DNA of 64,000 nucleotides from an uncultured Anaerolineales bacterium. Its GTDB lineage: Bacteria; Chloroflexota; Anaerolineae; CG2-30-64-16. The stretch spans positions 95,526 to 159,525 of the forward strand of contig CAYYTK010000006.1 in NCBI GenBank assembly GCA_964474695.1. The letters run 5' to 3'. Position numbers and translations under genes: made by a program. Under the pieces are notes generated by a model, which had not been told where the DNA came from, made no database searches, and was given only the letters and a program-made list of their open reading frames with translations. Positions 16,751 through 25,049 of this stretch are shown here, piece by piece; positions within the stretch are counted from its first letter, which is position 1, and each line of letters begins with the position of its first letter.

Positions 16751-18349
16751 TTACGGTTGAGGCACGTGGTAGATGCGTACTTCATATCCGCCATCGGTGA
16801 AGACCTTGACTTCCTCAAAGGTGCTGAAGAACGTTTCGTAACGTGCGATCGCAGGCGCGAACTGGACCGGGTCGGCATAGAAACGCCGGAACATGGTCTC
16901 GCTGAATACCAGGTAGTCGTACCCCTCGGTGACGTACCACTCTGCCGGGTGATCGTTCAGCTTGTAAAAGCCCTGGACCACGAATTTCTGCGGGTCGATC
17001 CAGGGGGAATACGACTCGATGCCAATGCGCGATCCCGCTGGCAGGTTGTGCTCGATCCACTCGCGAGCCGTGTCGAGGCTATCCGGCTGCATGAGGCGCA
17101 CCGTATCGCGGACGGTCCCGACCAGGGGAAAGATCAGTGCGACGACAAGAAGGGCAGCCGCGGCGTTTAGCTGGATGCCGGTGTAGCCAGAGGCCCGGGA
17201 CGGCAGAAGGCTCACAAGCCAGTAGGCAGCCAGGACCGCGAAAAGGGGCAGAAGCGGCAGCGCCGTGCGTTCGAAGTGGACGGCGAATGCGCTGATGAAG
17301 AGCAGATAACTCAGAGATGTTATGGCAATTAAGAGCGCGCCGCGCGAACGCCGGAAAATGCCCCAAATGATCCCGGCGGCTGCCAGCAGCAGCATCGGAC
17401 CTTCGGTCCGCCAGAAAAAACTCAGGTACCATGCCAAAGAGTTTCCGGCGTTCCCGGCATGGCCTCCGGTGTAATGGCGAACGTCGATCAGAGCGCCCTT
17501 GAGGAAGGTTTGGTAATCCAGTACGGCGAATGGTGTCGTCGCCACGAAGAGAATGAGGCTGACAACCCCGGCAGCGTACAGCCGCCAATCCTTGATCCCG
17601 CGCCAGCCCGAACGAAGAAAGTGCGCCAGGACGATTGCCAGGGCGAAGACCGCGGCGTTGTACTTGGTCCCTGCGGCCAGGCCGAGCGCCGCGCCAGCCA
17701 GGATGTAGTGGCGTGTTCGTCCCTCCTGGCAGACGCGCCACGCTGCCCAGGTGACAAGGGTTGTGAAAAAGGCGAGCGGTCCATCCGGGATCAGGAACCG
17801 GCTGTTGGCGACCAGGGTTGGCGACAAAGCTGCCCACAGACCCGCCAGCACGCCGCCAAAGGTAGAATGGGTGATCCGGCGTGCGAGATCGAAAGTCAGC
17901 GCCACCGTGGCGACGCCTAACACCGCGGAAAAGCAGCGTCCGCCGAGGAACAGCATCGGTAGGGTTGTCTTGCCGGACCCGCCGATGAGCAGCACGGGCT
18001 CCGCTAGATCGGCCAGGCTGCCGAATACGCCGAACAGCCGACCGATACCGTAGTACACCAGGTAGCCGAAGGCATTGATATAGTAGTAGAGCGATGGGTA
18101 AATGAAATCGTGTGGATTCGGATCGCCCGTCTTGACCATCTTTAAGACCTGGACGACCCAGAACGGCTCATCGGGATGCTCGACGTAAGGCAGCCCGAAA
18201 TTGATCCCCCACAGCCGCAGGCCAAGCGCAACGACCAGCACGCCCGCCAGGCACCACGACGCGCAGCGTGTCATGGGGTCGAGAAACGATCGAGCGACTG
18301 GCATCGCTGAAAAACGGTATCCGGTGTAGCCCCCAGCCCGGTCTGCCAT
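16751..18349 (-). CDS. glycosyltransferase family 39 (ArnT/PMT-like) polytopic membrane protein
   Basis: Many TM segments with the GT39/PMT-like N-terminal loop region. AAGGAGAT lies 5 nt upstream of ATG 18349. Confidence 0.65.
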   Translation of the reverse strand: MADRAGGYTGYRFSAMPVARSFLDPMTRCASWCLAGVLVVALGLRLWGINFGLPYVEHPDEPFWVVQVLKMVKTGDPNPHDFIYPSLYYYINAFGYLVYYGIGRLFGVFGSLADLAEPVLLIGGSGKTTLPMLFLGGRCFSAVLGVATVALTFDLARRITHSTFGGVLAGLWAALSPTLVANSRFLIPDGPLAFFTTLVTWAAWRVCQEGRTRHYILAGAALGLAAGTKYNAAVFALAIVLAHFLRSGWRGIKDWRLYAAGVVSLILFVATTPFAVLDYQTFLKGALIDVRHYTGGHAGNAGNSLAWYLSFFWRTEGPMLLLAAAGIIWGIFRRSRGALLIAITSLSYLLFISAFAVHFERTALPLLPLFAVLAAYWLVSLLPSRASGYTGIQLNAAAALLVVALIFPLVGTVRDTVRLMQPDSLDTAREWIEHNLPAGSRIGIESYSPWIDPQKFVVQGFYKLNDHPAEWYVTEGYDYLVFSETMFRRFYADPVQFAPAIARYETFFSTFEEVKVFTDGGYEVRIYHVPQP

Positions 18350-18367
18350 ATCTCCTTCCTTACTACA

Positions 18368-18967
18368 CTACTCGCTGAGAAGGTTGACCTGCCCTGTCTC
18401 CAGCTCATAGCGCGCGCCAACGACCAGCAGCTTCTCGTCTGCGATCAACCGTGTCAGGATGGGCTGTGCCGCGCGAAGCTCTGCCACGGCCAGCTTGACA
18501 TTGGCCGTAATTGCGCCGTCGATAACGGCGTCGACACTGCTTCTTCCGGAGGTTGCCGCTTGTTCAATGGCCGGCCGGATGCGCTCGATGATGCTGCCGA
18601 TGTGCCCGGGCGCATGGCCGCCCTGGACCGCAGCGGTCACTGCACCGCAACGGCTGTGTCCCAACACCATCACAACGCTCACGCCCAGGTGCTCGGCCGC
18701 GTATTCGACGCTCCCCAGCATCGCATCATCCAGCACATTGCCGGCATCGCGGATCACAAACAGGTCGCCCAGGCCGCAGTCAAAGATGATCTCCGGCGGC
18801 ACGCGCGAGTCGGAGCAGGTGATGATCGCGGCGAACGGCTCTTGCCCGTTGATGATTTCGGTCCGGCGATCGGTCGTCTGGTGCGGACGCGTCGGGTGTC
18901 CGTCCATAAAGCGCCGATTGCCTTCTAATAAGATTCCCAGAGCTTGGGCAGGATTCAGGGTTGTCAT
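18368..18967 (-). CDS. beta-class carbonic anhydrase
   Basis: CSDSRV...HSRCGA zinc-ligand motifs (Cys, His, Cys) with typical length. Confidence 0.85.
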   Translation of the reverse strand: MTTLNPAQALGILLEGNRRFMDGHPTRPHQTTDRRTEIINGQEPFAAIITCSDSRVPPEIIFDCGLGDLFVIRDAGNVLDDAMLGSVEYAAEHLGVSVVMVLGHSRCGAVTAAVQGGHAPGHIGSIIERIRPAIEQAATSGRSSVDAVIDGAITANVKLAVAELRAAQPILTRLIADEKLLVVGARYELETGQVNLLSE

Positions 18968-18972
18968 CGCCG

Positions 18973-19572
18973 CTACCCCTTTTCGCCGATGATGAGATCA
19001 GTCAGGCGCCGCTTCGGCACATGATGGACCCCCTCGGCGTCGCGCCAGTACTTGATGTCGCCGTCCGGGCCGATCTCTTCAACGACCACTGTCTCCTTCG
19101 GCTTGCCGAGCGCCAGCACCACCAGGATTTCGTAGCGTTCGGGGATGGCCAACGCCTGGCGCAGTTGGTCGCGCTTCACCGAGCCGATGATGCAGCCGCC
19201 CAACCCGCGTTCCACTGCGCCCAGCAGGATGTTCTGCACGGCCAGGCCATGATCGACGCCGACGTAGGCCGACAGGCTCAGCGCCGTATCGGCCAGGACA
19301 ACGATATAGGCTGCCGGCCGTTCGCCCTCTTCCGGCCCGGGCCAATCCTTCAGGTAGCCGGCCCAAGCCAGCGTGGGGAAGATTTCAGCGTTGGTCTCCC
19401 GGTCGGTGCTGAGGATGTAACGCAGCGGTTGGCGGTTAGCCGCCGACGCCGACAGCCGCGCCAGGTCGACCAGCTCGCGCAGGGTCGCAATGGCGATGGG
19501 CGCGTCCTCATAGAAACGGCGATAGGTGCGATTCCGCGTCACGAGTGACGGCAACACCAGGTCTTTCAGCAT
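18973..19572 (-). CDS. nitroreductase-family protein
   Basis: Nitroreductase fold signature (RRS.R.F....I....L..L) over about 200 aa. GGAGG RBS present. Confidence 0.75.
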   Translation of the reverse strand: MLKDLVLPSLVTRNRTYRRFYEDAPIAIATLRELVDLARLSASAANRQPLRYILSTDRETNAEIFPTLAWAGYLKDWPGPEEGERPAAYIVVLADTALSLSAYVGVDHGLAVQNILLGAVERGLGGCIIGSVKRDQLRQALAIPERYEILVVLALGKPKETVVVEEIGPDGDIKYWRDAEGVHHVPKRRLTDLIIGEKG

Positions 19573-19613
19573 ATGGCGCCTCCGGAGGTAAGTTTAGGTG
19601 GGCGTTATCATAA

Positions 19614-19651
19614 CATAGCCCCGTGAGCCTTCACAAGCTCACGGGGCTATG
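19614..19651. repeat. perfect 15-bp-arm hairpin (CATAGCCCCGTGAGC-N8-GCTCACGGGGCTATG) downstream of the XDH operon
   Basis: Read directly. Lies between the XDH Mo-subunit stop (19804) and the nitroreductase start. No T-tract follows, so if it terminates transcription it is not a classical terminator. Confidence 0.8.
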
Positions 19652-19803
19652 TAGAATGCGTTTAGCGTTGGAGGCAGAACTAAACGGATCATCCTGAGCG
19701 GAACGGAGCCGCCCAGTCGTGCGGGCGGCGGAGTGCAGTCGAAGGATGCGGCTCTGCCCGATGGCCGCTGCGCACCCTTCGACTGCGCACTGCGGTGCTC
19801 CGC

Positions 19804-22161
19804 TCAGGGTGCTTGTTTACCCTGCAGCCCGCGCCACACCCGCTCGGGCGTCAGCGGGAACTCGTCGAAGCGCACCCCGGTCGCGTCATAGACCGCGGCG
19901 CAGACGGCGGCTGCCGCGGGTAGGTAGGGCATCTCCCCCATGCCGCGCGCGCCGAACGGGCCGTTGGGATCGGGCACCTCGACGATCAGTGCATCCATCT
20001 GATCCGGCACATCCAGCACGGTCGGGATCAGGTAGGTGCTGAGTTTGTCGGTGAGCACCCGTCCCTCCCGCGTCTTCCACTCCTCCTGGATCGCGTACCC
20101 CAATGCCTGCACTGCCGCGCCCTCGATCTGGCCCGTCACCTGCTGTGGATTGATGGCCTGGCCCACGTCATCGGCGCTGATGAAGCGCTCCACCTTGACT
20201 TGCCCGGTTTCGGTGTCGACGGCCACGAACGCCACCTGGGCTACGTAGCCGTACGCGAAATTGGGCTTCCCCTGGCCGGTATCGTGATCCAGCGGCGTAG
20301 TCTTGGGGGCCAGGTAGACGTATTCACCGATGGCCGGCCGCTCTTCGTTCCGCCAGGCTGCCAGCGCCTTCTCGGCGGCCCCGCGCACCGCGTTGCCGCT
20401 CATGTAGGTGAGTCGCGAAGCGGATGCACTGCCTGAGCTGCCCATCTGCGCCGTGTCGGATGCGATCACCTTCACCCGCCCAAACGGCACCTCCAGCACC
20501 TCGGCAGCCACCTGCGCGATGATGGTATGATTGCCCTGGCCGCAGTCCGCCCCGGCAAAGTAAACCACCGCCTCTGCGATCTCGCTCCCGCCGCGCGCCT
20601 CCACGCGGGCGTAACTGTTCTCCTGGTAGCCGAACGAGAAGCCGACGTTCTTGAAGCCCGCCGCAAAGCCGATGCCGCGGGCGATCTGCGGATCGCTTGC
20701 GTGTTGCGCATTGCGTGTTGCGTGATTCGCTGATTCGCTGATTCGCTGATTCGTTGATTCGCCGTTTCGCTGATTCGCAGGCCTGTGCCAATGCCGCGGC
20801 ATGCATGCCGCTTCATCCTGTGTCCATCCGGCAGCTTTCGCGGCCGTGATGATGGTCTTGGTCAAGCCAACGCCGCCGGGGATAGGTGTGCCAACAATGA
20901 GCAGGCTCTCATCGGTCAGGATGTTCCGCAGCCGGATCTCAACCGGGTCGAGGCCTAAGGCTTCGGCCAGTTTATCCATCTGGCTTTCGGCCGCGAAGTG
21001 GCCCTGGGGTCCGCCGAAGCCGCGGAACGCCGCGCCTGGCACGTGGTTGGTGTAGACGGCGTAGGTGTCCACCGCAGCATTCGGGATGTCATACGGCCCC
21101 GTGCAGGTCAGGGTGGTGTTGCCCAACACCTTGTTGCTGGTGTACATGTAGGCCCCGCCATCGGCGATGACCTTGACCTCGACGGCGGTCAGCCTGCCAT
21201 CACGCTTCGCGCCCCAGCGGGTGTAGATCTTCATGGCGTGGCGTTTGCCGTGGCCGATGATCGATTCTTCGCGGCTCCAGATCGTCTTGATCGGTCGCCT
21301 GATGCCGCGCTGCGCCAGCCGCCAGACTGCCAGCGCCAGGGTGATCTGAACCGACATGTCCTCGCGGCCGCCGAACGCACCGCCGATGGCCGGATAGATC
21401 ACGCGCACCTGTTCCTTGGGGATGCCCAGCGCGTGCGCGATCTGTCCTTGATCCTCGTGGGTCCATTGGCCCGCAACCTCGACCGTGATGCGTCCTGCGT
21501 CATCCAGATAGGCCACACCGGCCTCGGGCTGGAGGTAAGCGTGTTCTTGCACCGGGGTCTGATAGACCCCCTCGATGATGACGCCGCCTTCGTCGGCAGC
21601 CTCCCGGAAGCCCGCCTCGACATCGCCCTTGCGGATGCGATACGCATAGCACACGTTATTCGCGCTGTGCGGATGGAGTTGATAGGGCACTGGCCGCGCA
21701 GGATCGGCCGCGCTTAATCCGCCGGCCAACGACGGCGCAGCTTCCTCGGGGTCGAGCACGACCGGCAGATCCTCCCACTCGATCCGGATCAGCTTGCAGG
21801 CCGCGCGTGCCTGTGTTTCGGTCTCTGCCACCACCAGCGCCACCTGGTCCCCCACAAAGCGGGCCACGTCGGCGCCAGGCTTGTCCGAGCCGGGGCCGCA
21901 GAGCACCGGCTGGTCCTTGATCTGCAGGCCATATTCGTTCACCGGCACATCTTTGGATGTGAACACCGCCACGACGCCAGGGGCGGTTTCGGCCGCAGCC
22001 GTCTCGATGCTGAGGACGCGCGCATGCGGCCGTCCGGCGAACAGCGTCGCCATATGCAACATGTCCGGGTAGACGATATCCCCGGGGTAAAGCGTCTTCC
22101 CGGTCACCTTGCCGGGCGCATCGATGCGGACAGCATTCTTGCCTACCATGTGGTAACTCAT
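19804..22161 (-). CDS. xanthine dehydrogenase family molybdopterin-binding large subunit
   Basis: MSYHMVGKNAVRIDAPGKVTGKTLY... N-terminus with Mo-binding domains (GGAFGG, GGGFGG-like motifs). Start ATG 22161 has a GGAGG RBS and an ATGA overlap with the upstream gene. The 114-codon N-terminal extension in the ORF track is rejected. Contains a ~33-codon low-complexity in-frame insert. Confidence 0.85.
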   Translation of the reverse strand: MSYHMVGKNAVRIDAPGKVTGKTLYPGDIVYPDMLHMATLFAGRPHARVLSIETAAAETAPGVVAVFTSKDVPVNEYGLQIKDQPVLCGPGSDKPGADVARFVGDQVALVVAETETQARAACKLIRIEWEDLPVVLDPEEAAPSLAGGLSAADPARPVPYQLHPHSANNVCYAYRIRKGDVEAGFREAADEGGVIIEGVYQTPVQEHAYLQPEAGVAYLDDAGRITVEVAGQWTHEDQGQIAHALGIPKEQVRVIYPAIGGAFGGREDMSVQITLALAVWRLAQRGIRRPIKTIWSREESIIGHGKRHAMKIYTRWGAKRDGRLTAVEVKVIADGGAYMYTSNKVLGNTTLTCTGPYDIPNAAVDTYAVYTNHVPGAAFRGFGGPQGHFAAESQMDKLAEALGLDPVEIRLRNILTDESLLIVGTPIPGGVGLTKTIITAAKAAGWTQDEAACMPRHWHRPANQRNGESTNQRISESANHATRNAQHASDPQIARGIGFAAGFKNVGFSFGYQENSYARVEARGGSEIAEAVVYFAGADCGQGNHTIIAQVAAEVLEVPFGRVKVIASDTAQMGSSGSASASRLTYMSGNAVRGAAEKALAAWRNEERPAIGEYVYLAPKTTPLDHDTGQGKPNFAYGYVAQVAFVAVDTETGQVKVERFISADDVGQAINPQQVTGQIEGAAVQALGYAIQEEWKTREGRVLTDKLSTYLIPTVLDVPDQMDALIVEVPDPNGPFGARGMGEMPYLPAAAAVCAAVYDATGVRFDEFPLTPERVWRGLQGKQAP
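20680..20778. repeat. family-A repeat cassette (GGCGATCTGCGGATCG + TTGCGTGTTGCG x2 + CTGATTCG x6) in frame inside the XDH Mo-subunit gene
   Basis: Tandem octamers read directly. Encodes ...ANQRNGESTNQRISESANHATRNAQHASDPQIA... Confidence 0.9.
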
Positions 22162-23615
22162 TGGTGTGCCTCCCTTCCCACTGTCGCGCGCTCGATCGCC
22201 TCCAGGATCTTGTAGTACCCCGTGCAGCGGCACAGGTTGCCGGTGAGCGCCTGTTTGATCTGGTCGGCGGTAGGCTGCGGGTATTCTTCGAGCAGATTTG
22301 CAGCCGACATCAGGATGCCGGGGGTGCAGTAGCCGCACTGGACGGCCGCAGCGTCGATGAAAGCCTGTTGAATCGGATGGAGTTGGCCTGCTGTCGCCGC
22401 CAATCCTTCCACCGTGACAACCTCGCAACCTTCGGCCCGCTCTGCCGGCACCAGGCAGCTCATCACCGCCACGCCATCCAGCCAGACCGTGCACGCGCCG
22501 CATTCGCCCTCGGCGCAGCCTTCTTTCGTCCCAGTCAGCCCGGCATCCTCCCGCAAGGCACGTAGCAGCGTCTTCCCGTGGGTGTTGGGTAGGCTGGTAG
22601 GCTTGCCGTTCAGGATCAGAGAGATCGGCGATTGGGGGTTGGAAACTGGTAGAGCTGCATTCGCTGATTCGTTGATTCGCTGATTCGCTTTCCCCTGCAA
22701 CAACACCGGCTGCTCCGGCCAGCCCTCCCGTTCCGTGCCGTCGCGCAGTTGGCGCAAGGCACGGGCCGTGAGCACCCGCACCATGTCGCGGCGATAGTCG
22801 GCGCTGCCTCGGATGTCGGAAATGGGGCGGGCTGCGGCTGCGGTCAATTCCGCCGCGCGGTCGATGACCTCATCGGTAAGCCCCTTGTCGGCCAGGAAGG
22901 CTTCTGCCTCCCCCGCGCGTACGATGGTCGGTGCGACGGAGCCGAGAGCGATGCGGGCGCGTGATATATGGTCTTCAGCAAAGTCTACGATCACCGCGAC
23001 ATTCACGACGCTGATCGCCTGCGCCTGTCGCAGGCCGAGCTTCAGGAACGTGCCGCGCTCGGTCGGCTTGAGGGCCGGGACATTGATGCGAACGAGCATC
23101 TCGTCGGCCTGGAGCGCGGTCTTTCGGACGCCGCGGAAGAACTCGGCGCAGCTCAGGGTGCGCTCTCCCCGCGCGCTGCTGGCCAGGGTAAAGGTGGCGT
23201 CCATGGCCCACAGCGGCGCGATGGTGTCGTTGGCCGGGCTGGCGGTGATGCAGTTGCCGGCCACGGTGCCGCGGTTGCGGATTTGCGGCGCACCTACCAG
23301 CCAGCAGGCCCGTGCCAGCGGAAATGCATCGGCCACCGCATCGGGCATGCCTACCACCTGATTGTGGGTGACATTCGCGCCCAGGTGGAAGGCGCCGTTA
23401 TTGCGTTCAATGGCGTCTAGCCCGGGGATGCGTGAGACATCGATAATCGTCTCCGGTGTCCGCACCCCGCGCTCGATCTCCAGGATCAGATCGGTGCCGC
23501 CCGCAATGAGACGGGCGGTCTGCGGATCGTTTGCGTGTTGCGGGCGATCTGCGGATCGCTTAAGCAGGTCCAACGCTTCAGCGATGCTGCCCGGCGCGTA
23601 ATAGGTATGCCACAT
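22158..23615 (-). CDS. fused FAD-binding (CoxM/XdhB-like) + [2Fe-2S] (CoxS/XdhC-like) subunit of the molybdenum hydroxylase
   Basis: N-terminal FAD-binding domain (AGGTDL...). C-terminal two [2Fe-2S] cysteine clusters (CAEGECGACTV; CGYCTPG...CRCTGY). The linker and N-terminus each carry family-A repeat-encoded segments. Confidence 0.8.
   Translation of the reverse strand: MWHTYYAPGSIAEALDLLKRSADRPQHANDPQTARLIAGGTDLILEIERGVRTPETIIDVSRIPGLDAIERNNGAFHLGANVTHNQVVGMPDAVADAFPLARACWLVGAPQIRNRGTVAGNCITASPANDTIAPLWAMDATFTLASSARGERTLSCAEFFRGVRKTALQADEMLVRINVPALKPTERGTFLKLGLRQAQAISVVNVAVIVDFAEDHISRARIALGSVAPTIVRAGEAEAFLADKGLTDEVIDRAAELTAAAARPISDIRGSADYRRDMVRVLTARALRQLRDGTEREGWPEQPVLLQGKANQRINESANAALPVSNPQSPISLILNGKPTSLPNTHGKTLLRALREDAGLTGTKEGCAEGECGACTVWLDGVAVMSCLVPAERAEGCEVVTVEGLAATAGQLHPIQQAFIDAAAVQCGYCTPGILMSAANLLEEYPQPTADQIKQALTGNLCRCTGYYKILEAIERATVGREAHQ
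22656..22695. repeat. family-A octamer run (CATTCGCTGATTCGTTGATTCGCTGATTCGC) inside the FAD-[Fe-S] linker
   Basis: Encodes KANQRINESANAA in frame. Confidence 0.85.
23514..23562. repeat. family-A module (GGCGGTCTGCGGATCGTTTGCGTGTTGCG + GGCGATCTGCGGATCGCT) inside the 5' end of the FAD-[Fe-S] gene
   Basis: Near-identical to 20681-20710. Encodes SADRPQHANDPQTA in frame. Confidence 0.85.
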
Positions 23616-23633
23616 AATCGTCCTCTTATTAAC

Positions 23634-24965
23634 TCATCCAACCCGCTTCCACACGTTCACCGCCAGTTCCCGGGCCTTCGCCATGATGGCCTCCTCATCC
23701 AGGGTGACGAGCTTTTTGTCGGCCATCAGCACCTTGCCGGAGGCAATGGTGTGCGTGACGTGCGCGCCGTCGACGCCGAAGAGGATCTGCCACGGCAGGT
23801 TGCCCGCGCTCAGCGGCGTGGGCGGAGCGTAGTCCAGCAGCATGATATCGGCGAACGCGCCGGGAGCCAACGCCCCCACCGGTTTCGGGAAGAACCGCTT
23901 TGCCAGGTTGGCGTTGTTGGGATAGGCCATTTGCAGCACGACGTCTCCCGGCATGGCCTGGGGGTTCTGAGTGTTGTGCTTGTGCACCAGGTACGCGGTC
24001 TTCATCTCATCGAACATGCAGTTGGAGAAGCCGTCGTTGCCCAGCGCCACCGGGATGCCGCGGGCCAGCATGCCGGCCACATCGGGCAGTCCGACGGCGT
24101 TGTTCATGTTGGAGCGCGGTTGATGCGTCACCAGCGTCCCGGTCTCGCGCAGGATATCCTTCTCGTATTCGTCCAGGTGCACGCAGTGCACGGCGATCGA
24201 CTTGGGGCCGAGGATGCCCAGCCGGTTCAGGCGCTCCACCACGCGCTGGTTGTGCTGGCGCAGGCTGAGGTCCTGGTCTGCTTTGCCCTCAGCGACATGG
24301 ATGTGGTAGCCGGTGTCCAGCCCTTCGGCTGCGGCAACGCTGGCCTCCAGCGTCTCGTCCGAGCAGGTGAACGCGGCGTGCAACCCAAAGGATGCGCTCA
24401 GTTGTGGATCTTTTTCCTTGCGGCAGCGCTTGAGGAAGCGGACGTTTTCCGCGATGCCGGCCCTGGCGCCATCCATCCCGTTGCGGTCGGTAACCTCGTA
24501 ACACAAGCTGGCGCGCAACCCTGTGTCCTTCACCGCATCCGCGATGATGTCCAGGCTGCCGTCGATCGCGTTGGGGCTGGCGTGATGGTCGATCAGCATC
24601 GTGCAGCCGTGGCGCACCGCATCCACCAGGCAGATCAGCGCGCTGTAGCGGATATCATCCCACAACAGGGCCAGATCCAGCTTCCACCACAGTTTCTCGA
24701 GGATTTCCATGAAGTTGGTGGCGGGCGTGCCGGGGATCGCCATGCCGCGCGAAAACGCGCCGTAGAAGTGCGTGTGCCCACAGAGCATTCCGGGCATCAC
24801 GATCTTGCCGCGCGCGTCCAGGCGTTGTGCCCCCGGATACTTGGCTGCCAGCTCCGCCGTCGTGCCGACCTCGACGATGGTGTCGCCTTCCCAGTAAACC
24901 GCACCGTCCGTGAACTCGCGATTCGTCTTGTCAAAGGTGAAAATGTGTCCGTTGGTGATGAGCAT
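23634..24965 (-). CDS. ssnA: SsnA-like metal-dependent aminohydrolase (chlorohydrolase/cytosine-deaminase superfamily)
   Basis: MLITNGHIFTFDK... with HTHFY, HHASP, HVAEG and SNMNN motifs matching E. coli SsnA along its length. ATG 24965 has an AGGAGA RBS. Confidence 0.8.
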   Translation of the reverse strand: MLITNGHIFTFDKTNREFTDGAVYWEGDTIVEVGTTAELAAKYPGAQRLDARGKIVMPGMLCGHTHFYGAFSRGMAIPGTPATNFMEILEKLWWKLDLALLWDDIRYSALICLVDAVRHGCTMLIDHHASPNAIDGSLDIIADAVKDTGLRASLCYEVTDRNGMDGARAGIAENVRFLKRCRKEKDPQLSASFGLHAAFTCSDETLEASVAAAEGLDTGYHIHVAEGKADQDLSLRQHNQRVVERLNRLGILGPKSIAVHCVHLDEYEKDILRETGTLVTHQPRSNMNNAVGLPDVAGMLARGIPVALGNDGFSNCMFDEMKTAYLVHKHNTQNPQAMPGDVVLQMAYPNNANLAKRFFPKPVGALAPGAFADIMLLDYAPPTPLSAGNLPWQILFGVDGAHVTHTIASGKVLMADKKLVTLDEEAIMAKARELAVNVWKRVG

Positions 24966-24988
24966 GGTTGTTCTCCTGATTTCTTTGC

Positions 24989-25039
24989 TCCACAAACCAG
25001 GTGGCGACCTTCGGTCGTCCGAAAAACCTGGTTTGTGGA
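24989..25039. repeat. family-C hairpin (TCCACAAACCAGGT ... ACCTGGTTTGTGGA) with a nested inner stem
   Basis: 14-bp arms. Sits between the ygfK-like stop (25050) and the ssnA RBS. Confidence 0.85.
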
Positions 25040-25049
25040 ACAAGTTTCC

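Noticed and set aside
19614-19651. 15-bp-arm hairpin as a classical intrinsic terminator of the XDH operon.
   Set aside because: Perfect stem but no downstream U-tract on the transcribed (minus) strand. Kept as a repeat or possible processing site rather than a terminator.
22162-22503. 114-codon N-terminal extension of the XDH Mo subunit.
   Set aside because: The Arg/Gly-rich extension overlaps the 3' end of the FAD/Fe-S gene. ATG 22161 has a GGAGG RBS and an ATGA coupling, and it gives the canonical N-terminus.
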